From a virus (taxonomy: Duplodnaviria > Caudoviricetes), in IMG/VR virus record IMGVR_UViG_3300032330_001151, positions 1-37,772 of that record: a stretch of 37,772 bases of DNA. The stretch is one strand, 5' to 3'. Positions 1 through 11,000 of this stretch are shown piece by piece (position 1 is the stretch's first letter; every line of letters starts with the position of its first letter). A program made the position numbers and the translations under genes. Under the pieces are notes generated by a model that saw nothing but the letters and a program-made list of their open reading frames with translations, did no database searches and had not been told where the DNA came from.

Positions 1-1290
1 AACTTATCAGTTAACGGAGTAATTACAGGTACCAATGCAGGTATTGTAGTAAGTCAAGTTACTGCTACTAGCGGTGTGTTCCTTGGTGATGCCACAGGTA
101 ACGGTGCGCTATATGCAGGTGTAGCTAATTATACTCCATTTGGTCAGACTATGATTCAGGCCACTGGTAATTACAATGACTACATGGAACTTAACGTACA
201 AAACGTTAACTCCGGCGCTAAAGCATCAACTGACATCGTTGCATCTGCAGATAACGTAACATCAGGTAATGCCTACATTGACATGGGTATTACCAGCAGT
301 CAATGGGATGGTACACAGGCTAATAGTTTGGGAACAGCACTGACAGCCAATGATGGTTATGTCATGGTTGGTAAAAATAATACTCCCGGTAACGGTGATT
401 TGGTATTTGGCACAACTACCACTGGTACACAGATGAAGTTCTTGGTGGCAGTAACAGCTACTACAGTAACAAATACTATGGTATCTGTGACTATGAACAA
501 ATGGGACACTCCTACAATATCTACTGCTAGTGGAACACTAGTAGTTACAGGTGGTGTAGGTGTTAGTGGAGGAATGTTTGTTGGTGCTACAGTAACTAGT
601 ACTAATCTTGTTATCACCGGAGTGACTAGTGCTACTTCGACAATTACTGGTGCTCTAAGGGTAGTAGGCGGAGCAGGTATTGGTGGTGCGTTATATGCTG
701 GTAATATCTATACCAACGGTGCTCAGGTATTGCCTACAAGTATACAAGAGTTTACTGCTACAGTCGGGCAAACTACATTTACTATATCAGGTGGATATAC
801 AGTCGGACAAATACAGGTATTTGCTAACGGTATTCAATTAGGCACAGGTGATTACACCGCTAGTAACGGTTCTACTGTAGTATTAACTAATGGACGTAAC
901 ACAGGAGATATTGTTCGTGTAGTAGCCAGTCAAAACTATGCAGTAAACGCACAACAAGCATACACATTCAATCAGTATACCAGCAACGGTACTACAACAA
1001 CGTTTGCCACAACTTATAATACGGCAACAGTTCAAGTTTACCAAAATGGCGCACTACAAATGCCCACTACCTATACTGCCGCTGATGGAAACAATATTGT
1101 ATTCAGCAGTATTCCTGCTAACGGAGTAGTAGTTGGGGTTATCAGCTTCAACTCAGTAAGCATTTCGAATGCTATAAGTAGTAGTGGTGGTACTATAACC
1201 GGTACATTAAATGTAGTGGGTAATTTACAACAAAACGGAACTGATGTTAACGGATTTGCTACAGCAATGGCAGTGGCCATGGGACTGTAA
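1..1290 (+). CDS. Tail fibre/baseplate-associated structural protein, 5'-partial
   Basis: The frame is open from base 1 (NLSVNGVITG...), so the track start at 76 is not the true start. Gly/Thr-rich 'TGALRVVGGAGIGG' fibre motifs, two 'F.AT.GQTTF...V..NG.......Y' beta-modules and a C-terminal 'AMAVAMGL'. Confidence 0.7.
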   Translation, partial: NLSVNGVITGTNAGIVVSQVTATSGVFLGDATGNGALYAGVANYTPFGQTMIQATGNYNDYMELNVQNVNSGAKASTDIVASADNVTSGNAYIDMGITSSQWDGTQANSLGTALTANDGYVMVGKNNTPGNGDLVFGTTTTGTQMKFLVAVTATTVTNTMVSVTMNKWDTPTISTASGTLVVTGGVGVSGGMFVGATVTSTNLVITGVTSATSTITGALRVVGGAGIGGALYAGNIYTNGAQVLPTSIQEFTATVGQTTFTISGGYTVGQIQVFANGIQLGTGDYTASNGSTVVLTNGRNTGDIVRVVASQNYAVNAQQAYTFNQYTSNGTTTTFATTYNTATVQVYQNGALQMPTTYTAADGNNIVFSSIPANGVVVGVISFNSVSISNAISSSGGTITGTLNVVGNLQQNGTDVNGFATAMAVAMGL

Positions 1291-1320
1291 CTAAACAAAT
1301 AAAGAAAAGGATTTTTTAAA

Positions 1321-4300
1321 ATGGCCAAGCAATTAATGAGAACTTATGTTTTTACACCTGGCGGAGCAGGTGCAGGAACTATTGCTATCCCCGGTAAATG
1401 GGACCTCAACCAAATTTTAGTAATTACCAATACCACTAAAAATACAGTTATCTATAATTTTGCAGATAACAGATATACGAATACCAGTGTAAGTTTTAGT
1501 CGGGCAAACACTTCAGCATTTCCTACAGTATTAGGTAATACTGACGGTGTAACCACAATTACTTTAGGATTTAGCACCTCGGGTATGTCTGCAAGTGATA
1601 CACTACAGATATTTGTTGAGAAAAATGAAATAACTGTTCGCCCTTGGGCCATGGGAACTGATGCGTTCGAACGTACTCGTATTGCTAGTCCACAGTCTAT
1701 GCTCGATGCTGACTTTGAGTACGGTCTACAACCGACTAAGTGGCAGACTATTAGCATGGTTCGCGGCTATCCTGGCATCTATGAAATTCCAGGAACAGAT
1801 CTGCAGACTATCACAGCAACTACTTCTGACTATTCTTTTGGCGCAAGCACAGACATCGAAAGTTTAATTACAGTCACATGCTCAACTCCACATTTGTTAA
1901 CCACCGGTACCGCTATAACTGTTAAAGGTTTAGATGCCGGTGTAAGCGGATATGCCCGAGCAGAAGGGTCATTTGTTATTGACAGTGTTCCGAACGCAAA
2001 CTCATTTAAATATTTTGCCAAGGCTCGTGTAGGATCAAGTTATGGTCAATCTATCAACCAAACATACACTCAGATTAGAAAAGGCGGTTTTTACACTGGC
2101 GGCGCTATTGGGTCCCCAACATTTAGTACCGCAGGCAGTGGTGCATCTACTACTGGTACCGTAACTGTAACTTTTACTAGCAATCACGGGTTAGTTGCAG
2201 GAGATAGCATTTATGTTGCTATCACCAGTGACAACGGTTCAAACAATAACAATTTGTGTCAAGGACCATTTTACATAAGCAGTGTGCCTAGTGCTACTAC
2301 TCTTACCTACCCTGCACGAAACGTAGGTACTATTACAGGAACTCCTACTGGAACTGTGTACGTTCGCCCTGATAGTTTTTATATTCACAGACCATTTGAT
2401 GGTGGTGTTAGTTTAGGTTGCGGCGGCCCCGCTCATGGTGGCCAGGCGGTACGTATGAGCAAGAAATATATTCGTTACCAATCTGGTAAAGCTATTAACT
2501 ATAATACAGGTGCTCTATTTGCTCCTAACTATGACATTCGTAGCATTACTGCCTCCGGTACCGGTATTGGCGCTACAGTTACAGTAACTACTGATGATAT
2601 CGATCATGGTCTTCAAACAGGTGCAGTGATTGCTATCAGCGGTGTTACTACTACAGGATATAACGGAAATTACACTGTAGCATCTATTGTAGATGAAAGA
2701 ACATTTACATTCTTAGCAACCAGTGTACTTGGCGGAACTACCGCAGTGTTAAGCACACCTTGCCTAGTGTCTATGGTTAACTGGTATGGATCAACTGTAC
2801 GTGCTGGAACATTTGATGACCAGAACGGAATGTTTTGGCAATACGATGGACAATTGATGGCTATTGGACTTCGTACCTCTACTTCACAAATTGGAGGAAC
2901 TGTCCAAGTTACTCCGGACAGCAACCTAGTTATTGGTACCAATTCAAGATTCAGTGAACAACTGGCGGCCGGCGATCGTGTAGTTATCAAAGGTATGACT
3001 CATGTGGTCAGTTCTATCAGTTCTTCTACCTGGATGTATGTTACCCCTGACTATAGGGGCGCGGCGGCTAGTACAGGAACTAAAATGGTCAAAGTTAGAG
3101 AAACTATTGTTCCTCAATACCAATGGAACGTTGATCGTTGCGACGGTTCGAGCAGTGTATACAATCCAAGCGGATACAATCTATTGCCTAACAAGATGCA
3201 GATGATTGGCCTACAATGGACATGGTACGGTGCTGGATTTATTGACTGGATGCTACGCGGACCGGATGGAAACTACATTACTGTACATCGTATTAAAAAC
3301 TCGAACGTTAACACAGAAGCATATATGCGTTCCGGTAACATGCCTGTACGTTACGAAGTACAAAATGAAGGCGCCCGTAGTACGTTAGACCAAGGTCTTA
3401 GTGCTGTAGGCACGCAGATGACCGTTACTGATGTAACATACTTCCCTAATACCGGAGTAGTATTAGTTGACAACGAACAAATTAGTTACACAGCCAAGAG
3501 TGCAAGTAGTGGAACTGCAATATTAAGTGGCCTGACTAGAGCGGCTACTATTACACAATGGGTTGCTGGAACTAACAGAACGTTTTCGGGCAGTTCTGCC
3601 GCAATTCACACTCAAGGCACCGGAGTTATATTAATTGGACAAACAGCAAGTCCTGTAATTAGCCACTGGGGTAGTGCATTTATAACAGACGGACAGTTTG
3701 ATCAAGACCGTGGTTACATTTTTAACTACCAAGCTACTAACGTTAGTGCGCAGGTTAGAAAAACTACCGCCTTTGCTATTCGCCTAGCACCTAGTGTTAG
3801 TAACGCTATTACAGGCGATTTAGGTGTTCGTGAATTAATTAACCGCGCTCAATTGTTGCTACAGGGTATTGAAATTACTGCGGGTAGTGCGGCTGGTGGA
3901 CAAGCATTAGTTATTGAGGGTGTGTTGAACCCGAGTAACTACCCTACAAATACTACTAACATTACTTGGAACAGTTTAACCAATACAGGTCAGCCTAGCT
4001 TTAGTCAAGTGGCCGCGGGTTCAAGTATTACATTCGACAATGCCTACACACAAAACATCAGCATCGGTGCTATTGCTAACACAGGAACTTCAACACTGAC
4101 ATTAACTACCAACACCAACTTGCAAATAGGTGATGCTGTTTCTGGAAGTGTGTTCTTACAAGGTGCTACCACTGTTACTGCTATCGGAGCAGGTAACGTT
4201 ACGTTAAGCAATCCGTTAGTTGGCCAAATACAAAACGGTACGTCGCTAACATTCAGTCGAAATTATTACGCGGCGCCAGGTGAAACTATTTTCTCATTCA

Positions 4301-4485
4301 TCTCAAGTCCAAGTAGTAAAGACTCGTTGGATCTATCACCACTGAAAGAATTAACTAATACACCAATTGGTGGTCGTGGTACATTCCCTAATGGGCCAGA
4401 CGTATTAATGATCAACGTGTATGTTACTCAAGGAGCCGCAATTAATGCTAACTTAGTCTTACGTTGGGGCGAAGCTCAGGCTTAA
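1321..4485 (+). CDS. Large virion structural protein (tail/baseplate-associated), 1054 aa
   Basis: Long Ser/Thr/Gly-rich ORF with three 'TVT....H(G/L)L..G..I.(V/I)' modules, an AAGGA RBS upstream, and fibre-like genes on both sides. Confidence 0.65.
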   Translation: MAKQLMRTYVFTPGGAGAGTIAIPGKWDLNQILVITNTTKNTVIYNFADNRYTNTSVSFSRANTSAFPTVLGNTDGVTTITLGFSTSGMSASDTLQIFVEKNEITVRPWAMGTDAFERTRIASPQSMLDADFEYGLQPTKWQTISMVRGYPGIYEIPGTDLQTITATTSDYSFGASTDIESLITVTCSTPHLLTTGTAITVKGLDAGVSGYARAEGSFVIDSVPNANSFKYFAKARVGSSYGQSINQTYTQIRKGGFYTGGAIGSPTFSTAGSGASTTGTVTVTFTSNHGLVAGDSIYVAITSDNGSNNNNLCQGPFYISSVPSATTLTYPARNVGTITGTPTGTVYVRPDSFYIHRPFDGGVSLGCGGPAHGGQAVRMSKKYIRYQSGKAINYNTGALFAPNYDIRSITASGTGIGATVTVTTDDIDHGLQTGAVIAISGVTTTGYNGNYTVASIVDERTFTFLATSVLGGTTAVLSTPCLVSMVNWYGSTVRAGTFDDQNGMFWQYDGQLMAIGLRTSTSQIGGTVQVTPDSNLVIGTNSRFSEQLAAGDRVVIKGMTHVVSSISSSTWMYVTPDYRGAAASTGTKMVKVRETIVPQYQWNVDRCDGSSSVYNPSGYNLLPNKMQMIGLQWTWYGAGFIDWMLRGPDGNYITVHRIKNSNVNTEAYMRSGNMPVRYEVQNEGARSTLDQGLSAVGTQMTVTDVTYFPNTGVVLVDNEQISYTAKSASSGTAILSGLTRAATITQWVAGTNRTFSGSSAAIHTQGTGVILIGQTASPVISHWGSAFITDGQFDQDRGYIFNYQATNVSAQVRKTTAFAIRLAPSVSNAITGDLGVRELINRAQLLLQGIEITAGSAAGGQALVIEGVLNPSNYPTNTTNITWNSLTNTGQPSFSQVAAGSSITFDNAYTQNISIGAIANTGTSTLTLTTNTNLQIGDAVSGSVFLQGATTVTAIGAGNVTLSNPLVGQIQNGTSLTFSRNYYAAPGETIFSFISSPSSKDSLDLSPLKELTNTPIGGRGTFPNGPDVLMINVYVTQGAAINANLVLRWGEAQA

Positions 4486-4495
4486 TTTGTTCACT

Positions 4496-4516
4496 GGTAA
4501 ATACAGTGAATAATTT
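4496..4516 (+). promoter_or_regulatory. Putative late promoter block (TAAATA at 4498-4503) of fibre gene 1
   Basis: GGTAAATACAGTGAATAATTT is 20/21 identical to 8038-8058; in both the box ends 24 nt before the ATG. Confidence 0.6.
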
Positions 4517-4527
4517 GGAAAATCATT

Positions 4528-7500
4528 ATGACTATAGCTAGTAATTTGTCGTTCTTACAAAACAGTGCTGGTGCAATCACCACTGGCACAGTTAATGCTA
4601 TTGGGTCACCTATAACTTTTAGTGTGAACAATACTGAATACAATAGGATCGACACCAACGGCTACAGTTTACTTGGTTACACAACCAGCCAAGGTTCTTA
4701 CAAATTACAAGTTAATGGCAACGTATTAATCAATGGTACACTGAGTCTTACCACTGCCAGTATCGGTAACATCACAGGTTCGGTAACCACTGCTAGTAAT
4801 ATTGCCGGCGGAACTACTGGACAACTACATTATCAAACAGGAGTTGGCCTAACTGGTTTTGTTGGACCTGGTACTAGTGGTCAATTGCTAGTGTCAGCTG
4901 GTGCAAGTGCTCCAGTATACACTAATACGGCAAGTATCTATGTTAACAGTGCTAGGTATTCAGATAATATAACGGCTGGTACCACTGGTCAGCTAGTTTA
5001 TCAAAGTGCGGCCAATACTACCGGGTTTGTTGGACCCGGTACTAGTGGACAATTGTTAGTGTCAGCTGGGGCAAGTGCTCCGGTATATACCAATACAGCT
5101 AGTATCTATGTCAACAGTGCTCGATATTCAGATAATATCACCGCTGGCACCGCTGGTCAGCTAGTTTATCAAAGTGCGGCCAATACCACTGGGTTTGTTG
5201 GACCTGGTACTGCCGGTCAATTCCTACAAAGTGCCGGTACTAGTGCTCCTACATATGTCAGCACTACCACTATGTATGTTCAAAGAGCGGTACAGGCAGA
5301 CAGTGCGGCCGGAGCAAGTGGCAGTGTTGCTAATGCGTTAACTATTAGCACAGGATTAACCGGATCACCGTCAGCTAGCTATAATGGTAGCGCGGCAATC
5401 ACTTTAACTTTAAACACTGCTACGCTAATGGCCAATTCAGTTTCGGCTTCTACAGCAACCAACGCAGGTATTGCCTACGCAACCATTGCGGCCCACACAG
5501 CAGGTACTGGGCTAAGTGGATCAACATTTAATGGCAGTACCGCTCAAACCTGGACATTGAATACTGCCACATTAATGGCCAGCAGTGTGGCTATTGCAGG
5601 CGGTACTACTGGACAACTACACTATCAAAGTGCGGCTAATACCACTGGTTTTGTTGGACCAGGTACAGCTGGTCAGTTCCTACAAAGTGCTGGTGCAAGT
5701 GCTCCTACATATGTCAGTACTACTACTATGTATGTTCAGAGAGCTGTACAAGCAGATAGTGCGGCCGGCGGCTCAGCACAGGTCAACACCCAAGCACAGC
5801 CTACCAACGCAACTTACTATGCCGCATTTGTCAGTGCTAATAATGCATCAGCAACTGCAATGAGTGTTTACACAACAGGAACATTCATAATTAATCCTGC
5901 TACTGGGCAAGTTGGTATTAACACAAGTTCTTTAAGCACTAGCAGTAAACTAACTGTCCTTGGTCGTGTTGAATCTGTTACAGATCCTAGTGGCGAAGGC
6001 GGTCAATTTGTAATGCGTTCTCCTGGTTACGGCTATAGATGGAGTATTGACAACTACTATGGTGCAATGCGTATCATCAGAGAAGATGATGTTACAGAAG
6101 CTAGCGGTGCATCTATTGTAACCATTACATCTGGTACTAACAGCATAATGGTAGTTGGAGGAACCACAGGTTACTCCGGTGAGAAATTTGCAGTCAACGG
6201 TGGTACATACCATAATGGTATTACAACTATGACAAACTCTATATATGTTACCGGTGGTAACGTCGGTGTTGGACAAAGCAGTGCAGTAGCCAAGTTGGAT
6301 GTTGCCGGCACTATCCGTACTGAATTCTTTGGAACTGATACATCAACACCGGCAGATGTAATGAATATTACAGGCAATGGTGTTGCAAGAGCACTTGGTA
6401 CTGGAGCAACCCTTACATTTACCGCACCTGCTAATACAGACGGCACTAATATGTGGGCACAGGCCAGAATTATAGGCGGCGGCGACAATAATAGCAACGG
6501 CGACGCAAATGGCGCTATGATGCTACAAACAAGATCGTTGTATGTTCCATCAGGTGGTAGCGGATCGTGGAACTGGCGAACTGGTATAACTATTCGAGCG
6601 TCTGGCGCAATTGCCTTTGGTAATGGAGGAACAGCATACGGATCAAGTGGTCAAGTACTACAAAGTAACGGCAATGCAAGTCCGAGCTGGGTTAGTCCTA
6701 GCAGTTTAGCCGCGGCCAGTGCCACACAGGTAAGCACACAGGCGCAAGCCGCCAACGCTAACTACTATCCAGTATTTGTGTCAGCTAACAATGCATCAGC
6801 GACTGCAATGTCAGAATATACTACCAGTAGCTTTTATATCAATCCAGCTACCGGTCAACATTACATTTCTACTCCTGGATCAACTGCTCTAGCAATCAAC
6901 GTTAATTCAGGATCTGATAGATACTTCTTAACTTGCACAGGGGCAGTAAACTCTTTTAGCATTTACGAAAATGGCAATACTGCTTATCTTAACAGTTATA
7001 ACAACATGTCTATCCGTGTTAACCAAAACGGTGGTTCAGGCGGAAACTTATTAATAAGTGGTGGTAGTGTAATGATTGGTACCGGTACGCCAGGTGCGCC
7101 ATTATCATTCACTGATGCTACGGGTTTAAAGATTCAACTGAATGCCAACGCGGCCAACTACTATGCTATTGAAAAACAAGCCGCAGTGAATAGTGGCGAC
7201 GGCCTGTTCAAGTATAATGCTGGTCAAACTTCGGCAGGTGAACATGGTTTTTACAGTGGTGGTACATTAAAGTTTTTAATCGATGCCAACGGTAAAGTAG
7301 GCATAAACAGAGTTGCACCAGCCGCTAGGTTGCACCTTGTAGGAGTTGGAGCTACTACATCTGAAATTGTAGCTAGATTTGCCAAAGGTAGCTATGCTGA
7401 CACAGGCGGCCACACTTGTTTAATCGGTCTAAGCAACGAACCGGCAACATGGTCAAAAGGCGCCATTGGGTGGACTAGGACTGGTTCTTATGATACTGGT

Positions 7501-8055
7501 TATTTTGGAATTTATGTAAACAGTGCTACTGACACGACTGATATCAACACAGCAACAGATGCAAGATTATTAGCAAGCACTTCGGGCATACAAATTGCCA
7601 ATGCACTAGGAGTAGGTACAGCGGCAAGCGGTACAACTGGTGAAATTCGTGCAACCAACGAAATTACAGCCTACTATTCGGACAGAAGATTAAAAGAAAA
7701 TGTCAAAGTTATTGACAATGCTGTAACAAAGGTGTTGTCATTAAATGGTATTACATATACACCGAATGAATTAGCGGCTAGTTTTGGGTATGATCAAAAT
7801 GTTAAACTGGTTGGATTATTTGCCGACGAAGTTGAAGCAGTTTTACCAGAAGCCACTCGACCTGCGCCATTTGATCAAGACGAAGATGGCAACAGTAAAT
7901 CAGGTGAAAACTATAAAACTATTCAATACGAAAAATTGGTACCATTGTTGGTTGAGGCTATCAAGGAGCAACAACAGACTATAAATGATCAGAACAGCAG
8001 AATAGAAAAGTTGGAACTATTGGTTAAAAATTTAGCCGGTAAATATAGTGAATAA
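4528..8055 (+). CDS. Tail fibre protein 1 with C-terminal intramolecular chaperone (peptidase S74-like)
   Basis: 56-aa internal repeats, 'VGIN/VGVG...KLDVAG' fibre motifs, and C-terminal 'YYSDRRLKENV...YEKLVPLLVEAIKEQQ' with a coiled coil. Confidence 0.88.
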   Translation: MTIASNLSFLQNSAGAITTGTVNAIGSPITFSVNNTEYNRIDTNGYSLLGYTTSQGSYKLQVNGNVLINGTLSLTTASIGNITGSVTTASNIAGGTTGQLHYQTGVGLTGFVGPGTSGQLLVSAGASAPVYTNTASIYVNSARYSDNITAGTTGQLVYQSAANTTGFVGPGTSGQLLVSAGASAPVYTNTASIYVNSARYSDNITAGTAGQLVYQSAANTTGFVGPGTAGQFLQSAGTSAPTYVSTTTMYVQRAVQADSAAGASGSVANALTISTGLTGSPSASYNGSAAITLTLNTATLMANSVSASTATNAGIAYATIAAHTAGTGLSGSTFNGSTAQTWTLNTATLMASSVAIAGGTTGQLHYQSAANTTGFVGPGTAGQFLQSAGASAPTYVSTTTMYVQRAVQADSAAGGSAQVNTQAQPTNATYYAAFVSANNASATAMSVYTTGTFIINPATGQVGINTSSLSTSSKLTVLGRVESVTDPSGEGGQFVMRSPGYGYRWSIDNYYGAMRIIREDDVTEASGASIVTITSGTNSIMVVGGTTGYSGEKFAVNGGTYHNGITTMTNSIYVTGGNVGVGQSSAVAKLDVAGTIRTEFFGTDTSTPADVMNITGNGVARALGTGATLTFTAPANTDGTNMWAQARIIGGGDNNSNGDANGAMMLQTRSLYVPSGGSGSWNWRTGITIRASGAIAFGNGGTAYGSSGQVLQSNGNASPSWVSPSSLAAASATQVSTQAQAANANYYPVFVSANNASATAMSEYTTSSFYINPATGQHYISTPGSTALAINVNSGSDRYFLTCTGAVNSFSIYENGNTAYLNSYNNMSIRVNQNGGSGGNLLISGGSVMIGTGTPGAPLSFTDATGLKIQLNANAANYYAIEKQAAVNSGDGLFKYNAGQTSAGEHGFYSGGTLKFLIDANGKVGINRVAPAARLHLVGVGATTSEIVARFAKGSYADTGGHTCLIGLSNEPATWSKGAIGWTRTGSYDTGYFGIYVNSATDTTDINTATDARLLASTSGIQIANALGVGTAASGTTGEIRATNEITAYYSDRRLKENVKVIDNAVTKVLSLNGITYTPNELAASFGYDQNVKLVGLFADEVEAVLPEATRPAPFDQDEDGNSKSGENYKTIQYEKLVPLLVEAIKEQQQTINDQNSRIEKLELLVKNLAGKYSE
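4800..5770 (+). repeat. 168-nt (56-aa) coding repeats in fibre 1: three tandem copies plus one displaced copy
   Basis: 'GT.GQL.YQ.....TGFVGPGT.GQ.L.SAG.SAP.Y'; gttggacc recurs at 4861 and 5029, a 168-nt period. Boundaries are approximate. Confidence 0.85.
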
Positions 8056-8058
8056 TTT
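8038..8058 (+). promoter_or_regulatory. Putative late promoter block (TAAATA at 8040-8045) of fibre gene 2
   Basis: GGTAAATATAGTGAATAATTT, overlapping the last codons (GKYSE*) of fibre 1; duplicate of 4496-4516. Confidence 0.6.
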
Positions 8059-8069
8059 AGGAATCCAAG

Positions 8070-11000
8070 ATGACCATAGCCAGTAATTTATCGTTTTTAC
8101 AAAACAGCGCCGGTGCGATCACTACTGGTACTGTTAACGCTATTGGCTCACCTATAACTTTCAGCGTAAACAATACTGAGTATAATAGAATTGATACTAA
8201 CGGCTATAGTCTACTTGGATATACAACCAGCCAGGGATCTTATAAACTGCAGGTTAACGGCAATGTATTAATCAATGGCACACTAAGCCTCACCACTGCT
8301 AGCATTGGCAACATTACAGGTTCGGTAACTACAGCTAGTAATATTGCAGGCGGAACTGCTGGCCAGTTGGCTTATCAAACAGCGCCTGGCGTTACTGGTT
8401 TTGCAGGTCCAGGCACTAGCGGCCAATTGTTAGTATCGGCGGGTGCAACTGCACCAGTGTATACTAATACAGCCAGTATCTATGTTAATAGTGCTAGGTA
8501 TTCAGATAATATTACTGCCGGCACTGCTGGGCAACTACATTATCAATCCGCGGCCAACACCACTGCGTTTGTTGGACCGGGCACTAGTGGTCAATTGCTA
8601 GTATCAGCTGGTGCAAGTGCTCCGGTCTACACTACTACTTCAACTATACAAGTTGGTTACTCGGCCAATGTACTGGGGGGTACCGCAGGCGGCATTGTAT
8701 ATCAATCAGGTGCTAATGCTAGCACATTTTTATCAATTGGTACTGCCGGGCAATTTTTATCAGTTAACGCAGGTGCTACAGCTCCCACATATGTCAGCAC
8801 CAGTACTATGTATGTGCAAAGAGCTGTGCAAGCAGACAGTGCGGCAGGATCAGCTGGTTCAACTACCGGTGCACTGACTGCAGGCACTGGCCTAACATCA
8901 AGTGGCGGCACATTCAATGGTAGCGCCAATCTTACATTTAGTTTGAATACTGCTACTCTAGTGGCCAACAGTGTTTCGGCCTCTACTGCAACTAATGCGG
9001 GCACTGCCTATGCAACCATCGGCACCCATACTGCAGGAACCGGGTTATCTGGAACCGCATTTAATGGCAGTGCTAACCAAACTTGGACTTTGAATACTGC
9101 CACATTAATGGCCAGCAGTGTGGCCATTGCTGGCGGTACAACTGGACAATTGGTTTATCAATCGGCCGCCAATACCACAGGTTTTGTTGGACCAGGTACA
9201 GCTGGTCAATTCCTACAAAGTGCAGGTGCAGGTGCTCCTACATATGTTGGTACCACTACCATGTATGTACAGAGAGCTGTACTAGCAGATAGCGTAACAG
9301 GTTCAGCAGGTAGCCTTGTTAACGCATTAACGATTGGTACTGGATTATCTGGATCACCATCTACTACGTATAACGGTAGTGCCGCAATTACAGTTTCATT
9401 AAACACTACCACCTTAATGGCCAGTGCTGTGCAGGTAAGCAATTCACTCTCTGCAGGTACAGGGCTAACTGGTTCGGCATTTAACGGAAGTACTGCACAG
9501 ACTTGGACATTAAACACTGCTACATTAATGGCTAGTAGCGTTAATATTGCAGGCGGTACTGCTGGACAACTACACTATCAAAGTGCGGCCAATACCACTG
9601 GGTTTGTTGGTCCCGGTACTGCCGGCCAATTCCTACAAAGTGCTGGTACTAGTGCTCCTACATATGTCAGTACTACCACTATGTATGTTCAACGAGCAGT
9701 ACAGGCAGACAGTGCTAGTGCTGGCGCAGGTTATACAGGCAACATCAATGCTACTGCTAATACCAACTTATTTGAATATATCGTAGGAGTTAGTGCAAGT
9801 GGATCAACTTCAGCCGCGGCTACGGTTGCAACATCAAATCCTGTAGGATTTAATGCCAGTTCAGGTAACGTTGGCATTGGAACAACATCACCTGGTCAAA
9901 AGTTAGAAGTTGCTGGCAACATTTATGTTAACACTTCTGGTAACCCGTATTTGCAATTGAAGACAAGTGGTGCAGGTAATAACCCGTACATTCGCATGAC
10001 AGCAGATACTAATTCTTGGGATATTCAGAGTACATTCTCTAATACCAATGATGATCTATTGTTCATGTATAATGCTACAACAGCATTGACTTTAGATAAT
10101 GCCGGCAAGGTATCTATTGGTACTGCACCTCCTTATGGTACAAGTAGATTAACATTAGTTGCATCAAGTAATCCAACAACTACTACTGATGGAGCTAATC
10201 AATTATCAATCGGTGAAGCATCACAAAATACCGCCTATTCATTAAAAGTTGGATATATTAGCATTAACGGCGGTTATTCCGGATCTGTCCAAGCTATTGC
10301 CGGCGGGGTTGGGGGGCCGTTATTATTAAACGGTGCCGGAGGTAACGTTGCCATTGGCAATACAAACCCTAGCCAAAAATTACATGTAACAGGTAACACA
10401 ATCATTACCGGTAATGCAGTGGTCGGAGCAACAACCACAACTAATAAGTTTGAAGTTGTAGGCACCACTGGACAGCTATTCAGCGTAAGTGATTCATTCA
10501 CCGGAACAATATTTTCAGCCAGTGATATTTCTGGCATTCCTAGTATCGAAGTATTGGACACAGGGCTGGTCAAACTTGCCCAATACAACGGACAAGTGAC
10601 CATCAGTACAGGAACTGTGGTGTCTGGTAGTGGTCTATCAGTATGGACCACTACATACATTTTATCATTGGGTGTTGGCACAGCGGCCAGTGGTACCATT
10701 GGTGAGATACGTGCCACTAATGAAATTACAGCCTACTACTCAGATCGCAGATTAAAAGAAAATGTCCAAGTAATTGACAATGCTCTAGTAAAAGTGTTAT
10801 CATTAACTGGTATCACTTATACCCCAAATGCTGTTGCTGAAAGCTACGGATACGATAGAAATTCAAAATTAGTCGGAGTATTTGCCGACGATGTTGAATC
10901 TGTATTACCTGAAGCAGTAAGGCCTGCTCCGTTTGACATTGACGAAACTGGTAATAGCAAAAGCGGTGAAAATTATAAAACTGTACAATATGAGAAGATT

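Noticed and set aside
4800-9720. CRISPR-like array
   Set aside because: The repeats are in-frame, degenerate at third positions and lack unique spacers; they are protein repeats.
357-10717. Many short antisense and alternative-frame ORFs in the track
   Set aside because: They are shadows of Gly/Thr/Ala-rich structural genes with no recognisable motifs.
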